NCBI GenBank assembly: GCA_050294405.1
Contig: JBNKOC010000029.1
Location: 1 to 64,000, forward strand
Reading direction: 5' to 3'
DNA from: Fibrobacteria bacterium
GTDB lineage: Bacteria > Fibrobacterota > Fibrobacteria > UBA11236 > JADFYW01
Length of the DNA stretch: 64,000 nt
Each line of letters opens with the position of its first letter. Positions within the stretch are counted from its first letter, which is position 1. Made by a program: the position numbers and the translations under genes. The notes below the pieces were generated by a model. The model worked only from the letters and a program-made list of their open reading frames with translations, had not been told where the DNA came from and made no database searches. Below, piece after piece: positions 9,588-18,171 of the stretch.

Positions 9588-9602
9588 GGACAGAAATTGT
9601 CC
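9588..9602. promoter_or_regulatory. Palindromic operator candidate GGACAGAAATTGTCC
   Basis: GGACA-N5-TGTCC, same geometry as 9241-9255, about 25 bp upstream of the 9562 start. Confidence 0.55.
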
Positions 9603-9999
9603 TTAGATTCTAGCCTAAATTAAAAAGAATTCATTTACTGCATATATAGTTCCCCAGTTTTTGCACACATTACTATGTTTTGTTGGGTAATATCTGCTTT
9701 TACAGGGGGCTTCGATAAAATTTTAAGGCATTGCCTCCAAGCTAATTAAAACTGTTCAAAATCTGATTGACCAAACTTTTGAAAGGCTAATAGAAAAAGA
9801 TGTTATTCCACTAATAATTAATGTGAGGCTTTTGATTTCTTTAAAAATTGTTTTCTTTGATCCGCTTTAATTACTTTTTCGGGGCAATAAGCATATAACT
9901 CCAAAGATCCATTAATAGAGGTAACTATTACGAATAAATTTACCCATAACCTGGGAGACATATTTTTCCGCTGATTTAGGATACAATTTTCACATAAAA

Positions 10000-11706
10000 T
10001 TATGAAAATCCTAAGAACTCATTTAACCTTTTGGCAATTAATTTTCTTCGTTCAACCAAAAACTCTTTAAACGACTCAATAGTAAGCAAATGGCTGTCAA
10101 TCGGTATACATTGTTTGGCAAAAGGGTCCTGGCCAATTTTTTGTATTAATTCATTAAGATACAAGTTTGGGTTTTTATCGCTAATTTTCCGATTTGTTTT
10201 GCCTCCGATAAATGCCAAATTGGAAATATCATCTATTTCCCGTTGTGGATATTTATTTTTTAGCTGTCCTTTTGGGAAAATATGATGAAATTGAAGTCGA
10301 TGGCTAGCCCCTTTATTTGATGTACTTATCTCTAAATTTGAATACCAGTCCTTTGCCCCAGCATTTTGAAATGCTAGAAACATAGTTTTAAAAAGAGAGC
10401 TTCTCTGACTTTTTCCTATTAGTTCGTTCGCTTCAATGTCAAGTTTTCCAACTTGGATTCTTAGTTTCTCTAGTAAATCTTTGGCTTTTCCATTTTGCTT
10501 AACAATAGATAAATCTTGGTCTAAAAATGTTTCGCTTGATCCCCTTGAATACCTACCCTTTGCATTTGCTACTAATACCCATTTTCTTAAATCAGATTCT
10601 TCTATGGGGTCTATAACATAATCAAATACATGGCCATAATAGGCAAGGGCAGGAATAATGAAAGGTGATGATAATAAGGCAGGGGATTTAATACCGGCAT
10701 TATTTTGTAAAAAATTTGTGGCAAATTCAATTCCCGGCTTACACTTTTCCCAAGATTCTTGAAGCTTCTCTAAATCAAGGTTTCCCACTGTTAAAAACCT
10801 ACTTTGCCCAGTAGCAAATACAGTCAAGGTTTTAAGAATTATTCCTAAGTCAATATTAAACCCACTTTTTTTATACTCATCCTGAAATGCCAAAAATATT
10901 TTTAATGCTCCGTGCCATTTAGCAGTTATTTGGGCAAGGGCTAAATCGGAACTTTTTAATTTTGCACCTAAGGAGTTCACCCGAACAAAAATTTCGGTTA
11001 CTTCCTCATAGGATAAATTTCTTTCTAAAATATCCATTCGGTATGAATATTTTTTTATTCCTTTCAATTTATTAAGTCTATCGTTATACTTTTCTAAGCG
11101 TGGATCGTCAAAATTTTCTATGCCAGCTCTTTTCAAAAATTTTGTATTGCTATCTTCTTTAAATACATCCGTGACTTTTACCCAATGAGGGGACTGCTCA
11201 AGTTTTTTTGTGGATACTACAAAAGTCATTTTATTAAATAGGGTTTGTAACTCGTCCTCATTAGAATCTATACCTTCTTCTCCAAGATCGTGGTCGTTAT
11301 CATCACCTTCAACTACATCCTCTTTAACCTCAGTCACTAAAGAAATTTCATCCGGATGTTCAAGATTAAATAGGATTTCTATAGGTCTTTTTCTCCCTCG
11401 GACATTTACTGGATTACCTTTAATAATCGCGGAAAGTGACGTTAATCTTTGCTGACCATCTAATAATAGTCGGGTACCTTGATATGGATTTTGATTTTGA
11501 TCAACAGCAAAATCTTGCAGGGGCACAGGGTTATTTGTTTCCCAAAGCAAAATAGCTCCAGATGGGTAACCTCTATACAATGAATCTAATAAATCCCTAA
11601 CTCTAGTGGAACGCCAAACATAACGCCTTTGCATTTCAGGGAGTCGCAATTCCCCTCTTTCTATCATGTCAATTAGTTCTTCAACCTTAGCTTCAGATTT
11701 AGCCAT
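10000..11706 (-). CDS. GmrSD-like (DUF262 + C-terminal HNH/DUF1524) modification-dependent restriction protein
   Basis: PEMQRRYVW, DGQQRLTS, FVRVNSLG (DUF262); HHIFPK...NLAFI...N (HNH). Confidence 0.85.
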   Translation of the reverse strand: MAKSEAKVEELIDMIERGELRLPEMQRRYVWRSTRVRDLLDSLYRGYPSGAILLWETNNPVPLQDFAVDQNQNPYQGTRLLLDGQQRLTSLSAIIKGNPVNVRGRKRPIEILFNLEHPDEISLVTEVKEDVVEGDDNDHDLGEEGIDSNEDELQTLFNKMTFVVSTKKLEQSPHWVKVTDVFKEDSNTKFLKRAGIENFDDPRLEKYNDRLNKLKGIKKYSYRMDILERNLSYEEVTEIFVRVNSLGAKLKSSDLALAQITAKWHGALKIFLAFQDEYKKSGFNIDLGIILKTLTVFATGQSRFLTVGNLDLEKLQESWEKCKPGIEFATNFLQNNAGIKSPALLSSPFIIPALAYYGHVFDYVIDPIEESDLRKWVLVANAKGRYSRGSSETFLDQDLSIVKQNGKAKDLLEKLRIQVGKLDIEANELIGKSQRSSLFKTMFLAFQNAGAKDWYSNLEISTSNKGASHRLQFHHIFPKGQLKNKYPQREIDDISNLAFIGGKTNRKISDKNPNLYLNELIQKIGQDPFAKQCIPIDSHLLTIESFKEFLVERRKLIAKRLNEFLGFS

Positions 11707-11766
11707 ATTCACCAACAAGTTAATAATATGAGAAATTACCTAATTCAGAATTTTAATCGAATTTAT

Positions 11767-12651
11767 TTAAAGCAGCTTTTCGTTGGGCCTAGGTGCAAAA
11801 TTTAATTGCATCACTTCTTTTTCAAATTTCTCATCAGACCATTTTTCCTTTCTATTCTTTTCGCTAATAGAATTTAATCTTTTAAACATTGGGAGGAGGT
11901 TATTATGAATTCCCGATATAGGTTTCATTGTTGATTTTCTGACTTCATTGGTGCCATCAAAGATTTTTTCAATATAAGAACCGTCCTTATTTAATTTTAT
12001 AATTTTGGATTTTTTTGAAACGAATTTGTCTTTTTGGCTGATTCTCAAGAAGCAGGCTGCTATAAACTTAAATACATTATCTTCTTTTGCTTTGCCCTCG
12101 GAATGTTTAATTATTAGGTTTTCCAGTTCCTGTCGTTGAGCTGATTCAAAGTGATTTTTTCCACTTCCCGTATACATGGCACTAAGGTTTCCTTTTGACA
12201 AGTGCTTTAATTCCATTACATAATGGAAATATCCAGGTATCATTTCCGAATCTACTTTTAATAAAATAATATGGGGAATGGTATTAATATACACACCACC
12301 AATAATTTCATGGGAAGGATTTTTTAGGCCCATACTGTCAAGATGGAATCCAAAATTAACTTTCATTGCTATTGTTAATCTTTCTAAAGCGTCCTTTACA
12401 TAAATACTTTCCAATTGAAACATATTATTCATCCAGGTACTTGGTTCAACACCCGCTCTGGTTTTACCTAGTCCAGAGTAAGCCAAAACAACTCTTCCGT
12501 CCTTGAAATCCGCAATAAAAATTTTATCTCCCTCATCCTGGGGGTGGTAGTCGATTATTTCTCCTTTATAATTGACCAATGGAATGCTAATTCTAAAGTC
12601 TGCGGCAATCCAGGATGAATTAGGGGTAATAATTGATAAGGCAAATGTCAT
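11767..12651 (-). CDS. Proteasome beta/HslV-like Ntn-hydrolase fold protein (putative Thr protease)
   Basis: N-terminal Met-Thr, AADFR, DKI, AYSG, later YTGSG and D..S...NKDG; order matches T1/D17/R19/K33/G47/S129/D166 of proteasome beta subunits. Confidence 0.55.
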   Translation of the reverse strand: MTFALSIITPNSSWIAADFRISIPLVNYKGEIIDYHPQDEGDKIFIADFKDGRVVLAYSGLGKTRAGVEPSTWMNNMFQLESIYVKDALERLTIAMKVNFGFHLDSMGLKNPSHEIIGGVYINTIPHIILLKVDSEMIPGYFHYVMELKHLSKGNLSAMYTGSGKNHFESAQRQELENLIIKHSEGKAKEDNVFKFIAACFLRISQKDKFVSKKSKIIKLNKDGSYIEKIFDGTNEVRKSTMKPISGIHNNLLPMFKRLNSISEKNRKEKWSDEKFEKEVMQLNFAPRPNEKLL

Positions 12652-12933
12652 AGGGTCAAATATGCTCCCCTTGGGGAGTATTTAAAAAAAAAGTTAAAAA
12701 TAGAAAAATAGTATTCTTTTAAGTACCTAAAGCCATTTTCCTTTACAATCGAATTACCGGTTTTTACGTAATAAATACTTTCTTTGAATAGGAGCATTTG
12801 TACCAGAATTAACTTCCATCTTAGACCAGTACCGTAATATTTCCCAAATAGGCTTAAGCACTATCATAGGATAGGTCAATTTTAAATTTTTTAACATTTT
12901 TCAAATTAATATCCTTTTAATTTTAATGCGCCG

Positions 12934-13617
12934 TTACCAGCGCACCTTCTTCAAGTTTCTAATTCCAGTTCTTCTTCCCAGAAGATCAAACGCTTTCGCA
13001 TTTTCATTTACAAACACCATAACATTTCGAGGCTTAACAGGCAGTAGAGCAGCCTGATGTGATGTGTGGTTTACCAGCCTAGCGGTTCCGGTGACAAAGC
13101 AAGTTTTGTATCCTTTAGTTAAACCATCTTCATCTAGAACTGGAATTGAAAAGCCTTCTCCTGCCACAAACTCCTGATCCTTAAGACGACCCATTGTTAA
13201 TTGGATATTTTCATTAGTATTGTAGTTTATGCCACCACTGAAGGTTTCGCTGGAAAACGATAAGCTGAAAGTATTGGCGAATACAACATTAGAATCAGGA
13301 TAACCGTAATACGAATGATGGAACCTTGCTTTATTATAGGTTCCTAATGAAGAATTAGACTCGACAATATTTACGCTATCAATGTATGATTCCTCAAGAA
13401 TCCCTTCTCCTTCTGTTTTACTCACAAGCACAAATCCATCAACATCAAATTCAACGGATATGTATGTGTCAGTTGCGATCATGGCCTCTGTATCATAGTT
13501 TTCGCAATCATTTGAAATGGAGTCAATCCCAGTGTGCGTAATCTGAAATGTTAACGTGTCTACCTGTTGCGAAAAAGTAGATAGAAAAAGCATCATTATG
13601 ATGAGTGAGAGTTTCAT
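12934..13617 (-). CDS. Secreted hypothetical protein with a short basic C-terminal FDLLGRR tail
   Basis: Signal peptide MKLSLIIMMLFLSTFS; RBS AAGGAG; C-terminal AFDLLGRR. Confidence 0.7.
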   Translation of the reverse strand: MKLSLIIMMLFLSTFSQQVDTLTFQITHTGIDSISNDCENYDTEAMIATDTYISVEFDVDGFVLVSKTEGEGILEESYIDSVNIVESNSSLGTYNKARFHHSYYGYPDSNVVFANTFSLSFSSETFSGGINYNTNENIQLTMGRLKDQEFVAGEGFSIPVLDEDGLTKGYKTCFVTGTARLVNHTSHQAALLPVKPRNVMVFVNENAKAFDLLGRRTGIRNLKKVRW

Positions 13618-13635
13618 AATAATTCTCCTTATGGT

Positions 13636-14013
13636 TTAAAGCAAGCCCCTTCTTACAGCTGTATTTATCCGGTGGGATACCAATTTTGCCGCAAGTTCAG
13701 CTATTTCATAAATAGTAGATGAATGGTTTATAGCCTTTGTCCAAATATTGCTGGTGGGAAGCATTACCCAATATTTATTTCTAAAATGATATAAGAGCAT
13801 TCCCAGAACTTTAAGCCCAACAACTCCACCAATCCCAAAAACAAAGCCCTTATAATATGTTGCTAATATCAGGAAAAGCAGATAAAAGAAATACGAATTT
13901 ATAAATCCAAATACTGAGGCAATTATTTGCCCCTCCCGAATTAAACATCCAAAAAATAAAAGGGGCACTAATATTTTAGCTTTTATAACGGCCCAAGCAT
14001 ATAACATATGCAC
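13636..14013 (-). CDS. Hypothetical membrane protein
   Basis: RBS AAGGAGG; about 3 hydrophobic segments. Confidence 0.6.
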   Translation of the reverse strand: MHMLYAWAVIKAKILVPLLFFGCLIREGQIIASVFGFINSYFFYLLFLILATYYKGFVFGIGGVVGLKVLGMLLYHFRNKYWVMLPTSNIWTKAINHSSTIYEIAELAAKLVSHRINTAVRRGLL

Positions 14014-14048
14014 CTCCTTTATTAATGATTATTATGTTATGATTTAAA

Positions 14049-14399
14049 TTATCCGAACCATTTTTTTAGCATTTCCTTAGCCTTTGATTTATGTTCGTCT
14101 TTAATGTGAATTGCAACTGAGGCCATTGCTAAGGCCAAAACCCCCAAATCATCGGAGTACCCAACAACTGGGATTGTATCGAGAATGGCATCAATTGGTG
14201 AGATAAAATACCCTAGTGCTCCAATAATTACGGCCTTTGCCCACATGGGAGTGTCTGGATCCTGTAAGCAATAGTACAAGACCAATGCTTTTTCAATTAC
14301 ATCTTTTCCCGCTGCAAGGGCAAATTTTTTAATTTTCTCCCAAAATGATTCTTCCGAAAACTCTTTGGAAAATTCATTTGTTGCATCTAACTCTGACAT
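14049..14399 (-). CDS. YkvA / DUF1232 family membrane protein
   Basis: FWEKIKK, TP.WAK..IIGALGYFISPIDAI.D.IPV.GY.DD. Confidence 0.9.
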   Translation of the reverse strand: MSELDATNEFSKEFSEESFWEKIKKFALAAGKDVIEKALVLYYCLQDPDTPMWAKAVIIGALGYFISPIDAILDTIPVVGYSDDLGVLALAMASVAIHIKDEHKSKAKEMLKKWFG

Positions 14400-14497
14400 T
14401 TTTATCCTCCAAATTTTGATACTCTAATGCCCGATTCAAGGAATTTGGACGAAAAATTAAAAGCGTGTCCAAAGCCCTATATCGGCTCCAATGCTTT

Positions 14498-14661
14498 GTC
14501 ACAAGAACTGAACTTAGGGGAGAGCCGAAGCCGCTCACCGACCGATATAGGACCAAAGTCCGACATCGTGAGCGGTTTTTTTTCAGCTATCTCTTTGGGG
14601 TATGAGCTTTTTTACGGCTCATACCATGGCAAAACGCCATGCCCCTTTCAGTTCTTGTGAC
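14498..14661 (+). ncRNA. Candidate structured RNA (multi-stem, C4/P4-CI-like architecture)
   Basis: 15-bp perfect closing stem 14498-14512/14647-14661 enclosing stems 14530-38/14568-76, 14599-607/14617-25 and 14625-41; G-U pairs favour the + strand. Confidence 0.6.
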
Positions 14662-14720
14662 GATAGAACTATACTAAAATCGGAAGATAAATTGAAGAGA
14701 AAAGTAAAGGGAGTTTGCAT

Positions 14721-15578
14721 TTAAATCGCCAATGCCCTTTCTAATGCTTTTTGCTTAATCGCAGCCCCTTGTCCAATTAAAGCCGATTCCGCTCTGGTTT
14801 CGGGTTTTCCCCTTTCATGGTCCACCCATTCCACCACAGCGTTATACAAATGCCAGGCACTTACCCCCGTGTTCCCTTTGCCTGTTTCAAATAGCCGGAC
14901 AATGGTATTCTTTTGGTTTTTTATCCTGGTGGATTCCTGGGTGGGGCCCATTAAGTCTTCCAGGAATTTATTCACCATAACTTTGTCCACCATTTTTTGA
15001 GCCAGGTACTGGGCTTTGCTTTTAAACAATTCAAACCTGGAATTCGCTCCAGCAATGGTACGGTAGGCTAAGTTAAGCCTTTCATTTATGCTTGATGTAT
15101 GGCGTAGGGTGACATTAATACTCGCTTCCCTCATGGACTGCACCAATTGGTTTTGGCATACAAGTCTAATGGGAGTTAAGAATACCCTTAAGGATGAAGA
15201 ACCATCGTGGGAATTTAAGAATGTTATATATGAGTCCACTCTATCGTTCCCAATAGCATCAAAATTTTGACCAAGCTTGGCCTGCAAAATTATCCTCCTT
15301 CCTCCTCTAAAAACTCCTGCGTTTTCAAATGTCCCGCCTTTAGTTTCAGCTAATAGGGCATCGGCAAAGGCAAAAGCCACATGGTTTTGAATGGGCTCAT
15401 AATTTTTTCCTACCACGCCAAGGATGTTTCCGTTATCTCCTCTTGCAATGGCCTTATGGGAATCAATGAATTTTCCAGTTGCTGTCATTAGTTCCCATTG
15501 CTCTACTGGCCACATCAGCCCAGCTGTTTCCAAGACTTCTTCAGCTGTTTTAGCTCCGTTTAATTTTATTAGTTTCAT
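14721..15578 (-). CDS. DUF932 domain protein (phage/plasmid type)
   Basis: GLMWPVE, LGVVGKNYEPIQN, NSHDGSSSL...TPIRLVCQNQL, LRHT, SAWHLYNAVVEWVDH; start at 15578 has RBS GGAG. Confidence 0.9.
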   Translation of the reverse strand: MKLIKLNGAKTAEEVLETAGLMWPVEQWELMTATGKFIDSHKAIARGDNGNILGVVGKNYEPIQNHVAFAFADALLAETKGGTFENAGVFRGGRRIILQAKLGQNFDAIGNDRVDSYITFLNSHDGSSSLRVFLTPIRLVCQNQLVQSMREASINVTLRHTSSINERLNLAYRTIAGANSRFELFKSKAQYLAQKMVDKVMVNKFLEDLMGPTQESTRIKNQKNTIVRLFETGKGNTGVSAWHLYNAVVEWVDHERGKPETRAESALIGQGAAIKQKALERALAI

Positions 15579-15830
15579 AATAATTCTCCATTTAATGAAA
15601 ATGCCGAAGGATAACATTCCTCCGGCTATGTTTATTGGAATTCCCCGTTCTCAAAATACCCGTGTCTTTCCATGTTCCTTTTTTGGGCAATTGATGCCAA
15701 GGCCCTTGCTAAAAACTCCCTTTCAAGGGGAGTTTTGGCATTGGCTATACATATTGAAATGGTAACTACGGATACGAGAATGGCGGTTAATTCAACAATT
15801 TCCAGAATTTCAGAGGCTGAAAGCTTGTTC

Positions 15831-15926
15831 CTATTGGCCCCCTTTGTTTCTTAGCTGTTTTATTCCCACCGCAGCTGATATGGCTGTGCTTAGGATTAAT
15901 ACTCCTTTAACTATTTTGTCCAACAT
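15831..15926 (-). CDS. Small 31-aa hydrophobic peptide (not in ORF track)
   Basis: RBS AAGGAG then ATG; MLDKIVKGVLILSTAISAAVGIKQLRNKGGQ. Confidence 0.5.
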   Translation of the reverse strand: MLDKIVKGVLILSTAISAAVGIKQLRNKGGQ

Positions 15927-15984
15927 ATTATTCTCCTTGGTTTAGATGTGTAGGAAAAGCCAGTATAGCCTTCTCCTGGTTGTT

Positions 15985-16284
15985 TCAATTATGTTCATTG
16001 ATGGATTCCTCCACAATGATGCTGGAGCGTTGTGGCTGTCCAGCTCGCCATGCATTTATTATCGCCTGCGCATCCTCTTCAGATAGATATTTTGGAAGTG
16101 AAATCCTGGTAACATCTTCTTTTGATTTTTGAAGCTGTGCCATTAATTCCGGCCCCACAACTTTAGCAGATGGAAAAAACATCAGGTAGCGCATTAAGCC
16201 CCCTTCATGTTTGAAATTTATATGGCTTACAATTTCTTCTTGGTTTTCAAATCCGCACAGGATACATTTTAAGTTTTCCTCCAT
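15985..16284 (-). CDS. Small C2H2 zinc-finger protein (start MEENLK, just after the nuclease stop)
   Basis: CILC-x10-HINFKH followed by Y..FFPSA. Confidence 0.65.
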   Translation of the reverse strand: MEENLKCILCGFENQEEIVSHINFKHEGGLMRYLMFFPSAKVVGPELMAQLQKSKEDVTRISLPKYLSEEDAQAIINAWRAGQPQRSSIIVEESINEHN

Positions 16285-16285
16285 T

Positions 16286-17056
16286 TTATGCCGCCTTTTT
16301 AAATTGGTTCGAATTGCAGATGTATTTATAGGAACAAGTTTTACAAGACCAGGACCTAACCCTGTACCGGATATGATTTTCAATACCACGCTTTGTTTGC
16401 AGGAAGCGATTTTCCCATTCCTTAAATTCAATGGTGGTGGAGTCCAATTCCATTTCCACCATCTTGGCTGTTTTTGATTTAATGAAAAGAAGCAGCTTTA
16501 ATTTTACCGGCTCCTTGTATGCAAGAGAATAGGTATAGGTTTGCGATGTGGCAGCGTATTTATCCCAATCTGAATAAGCTTTGGAACTGGTTTTAACATC
16601 CAAAATAGTAAGAATTCCATTGTTATCCCTAAACACAAGATCCGGTGTTCCAATAACTTCCAAATCTTCCGAAAGTTTATAATTTAAGGGAATTTCAACC
16701 GCTAATACTTCCTTTGGGGGTTTATAGGATTTTAACAGTTTGATTAATTCCAAGGCCTTTGCAAAAAGGTCTTCCTTGCCGTCTTTGCCGTAAACAATTT
16801 CATTCTGGTTTACAGAATTCCATCTAGCTTCAAAGATTCGCTGCAATACATCTAAATCAAACTCATTTCTTAAAAGAAGGCCTCTAAAATAAGACTCGGC
16901 CACAGAATGAAAGGAGCTCCCCAAAAGGGCTGCTGCTGAAACGCCATGCTTGGGTGCCCTTTCAACTTTGTCTAAAAATACCTGCTCCGGGCAACCTTCG
17001 GTGTACTGACGCACTGTGGAAGGAGACAGGGAATTTACCTTAATAACTTTAACCAT
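16286..17056 (-). CDS. PD-(D/E)XK RecB/Cas4-like nuclease
   Basis: LSPS....CP, GSSFH, VEIPL, GTPDLV, ILDVKTS, QTYTY, C-terminal C..C.Y...C (Fe-S type). Confidence 0.88.
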   Translation of the reverse strand: MVKVIKVNSLSPSTVRQYTEGCPEQVFLDKVERAPKHGVSAAALLGSSFHSVAESYFRGLLLRNEFDLDVLQRIFEARWNSVNQNEIVYGKDGKEDLFAKALELIKLLKSYKPPKEVLAVEIPLNYKLSEDLEVIGTPDLVFRDNNGILTILDVKTSSKAYSDWDKYAATSQTYTYSLAYKEPVKLKLLLFIKSKTAKMVEMELDSTTIEFKEWENRFLQTKRGIENHIRYRVRSWSCKTCSYKYICNSNQFKKAA

Positions 17057-17129
17057 GTTTTTACCTCCGGTTAAAACAATAACGGCCTGGGAGAATATTC
17101 TCCCAAGCCAGAATTTTTAAAATGTGGAT

Positions 17130-17546
17130 TTAGGCTGCTTTTCTTTTGCTGCCTGACAATATTTCAATAAGGGATGAAGCTTCTTTGGATGTTAGCTCTT
17201 CCAAATTATGCTTTTTGAAATATTGGTATGGCATGGCATTTACCTGTTCAGGGGTAAGGCCAGCATTTAACCCCAACCGCTTTAAATATTTAAGCTGTTT
17301 ATCGGTAACCAGCCTTGCCCCATTTAAAGCTGGAACAAAAGCAGGTTGATTTTGGTTAAATACACTATCGTCTTTAGCTGTTTCCAGCTCGGACCGAACC
17401 GCTGATTTTGCTACCTTAAAAAGCATTCGGGTTGCGGAAAGGACATCGGTGTTGTCTGGGATTTCCTGAGAAAGCTCTGCGGACCAACGGCGGGTTTTGT
17501 ATTCATCGCCGGGAAGGTTCTCAGAGTAATTAACTTGGACTTTCAT
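17130..17546 (-). CDS. Hypothetical mobile-element protein
   Basis: RBS AGGAGG; C-terminal T.KQL..L...LT.KEAS.LI motif seen in MGE proteins. Confidence 0.75.
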   Translation of the reverse strand: MKVQVNYSENLPGDEYKTRRWSAELSQEIPDNTDVLSATRMLFKVAKSAVRSELETAKDDSVFNQNQPAFVPALNGARLVTDKQLKYLKRLGLNAGLTPEQVNAMPYQYFKKHNLEELTSKEASSLIEILSGSKRKAA

Positions 17547-18171
17547 ATTTCCTCCTGAAAGGGTTTAATTTCTGTTCAGGATGGTTATTACAGGAAAGTA
17601 GAGATTATAACACTAGGAATTTTATTCATCGGAAAATAGAGTTTTTAGCTTTTTGAAATTTTGGAATTATTTTTTTTCCAGTTTAACCTTGCCAACATTT
17701 TTTTTTGTGATTTATCTTTTAACAGTTCTTAAAGATGGCTTTTTAAAAAGGAAAATTTATAGAGTAGCATTTATATAAACCAGTGGACGTGTATTTTGAC
17801 TGATCAATGAAATACCCCGGTACTCCTCAATCAGAGAACTGGCCAAACAAAAAATTAATCTCCTCGCAGATTATAGTAAGAACAAACATATGACATTGGG
17901 AGATCAGCCCCAATGCATCGGTCTAAGAAAAGGACCTGGTCAACTTAAACCCTGGCCATAAAAAACATAATGCTCAATTCCTTATTCGTAGAGGAATCCT
18001 AGAATATACTGGGGAAGGATAGACTTAATATCATAAGCCCTCCTAATAATGAGCAATAACGAGTGTAAAATATTTGAATTATCAATCGGCTCTAATTAAG
18101 AGCTGCAAATATTATCACATTGGTCAATTAGACCGTATTTCATTTAACATTAATCTATTAAAGGATAACGC

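Noticed and set aside
9603..9999. Possible left att site or gene remnant
   Set aside because: No tRNA-Asn 3' copy seen; only short ORFs with no recognisable motif
14427..14660. 77-aa plus-strand ORF over the structured region
   Set aside because: No RBS; the sequence is better explained by base pairing, though an Ash/Icd-like peptide cannot be excluded
15700..15750. Hairpin AAAACTCCC..GGGAGTTTT as a terminator
   Set aside because: Lies inside the probable minus-strand small ORF and lacks a good U-tail; role unclear
17547..18171. Long divergent intergenic region; searched for a repressor gene, mini-array or repeats
   Set aside because: Only short ORFs and AT-rich tracts; no convincing repeat or structure
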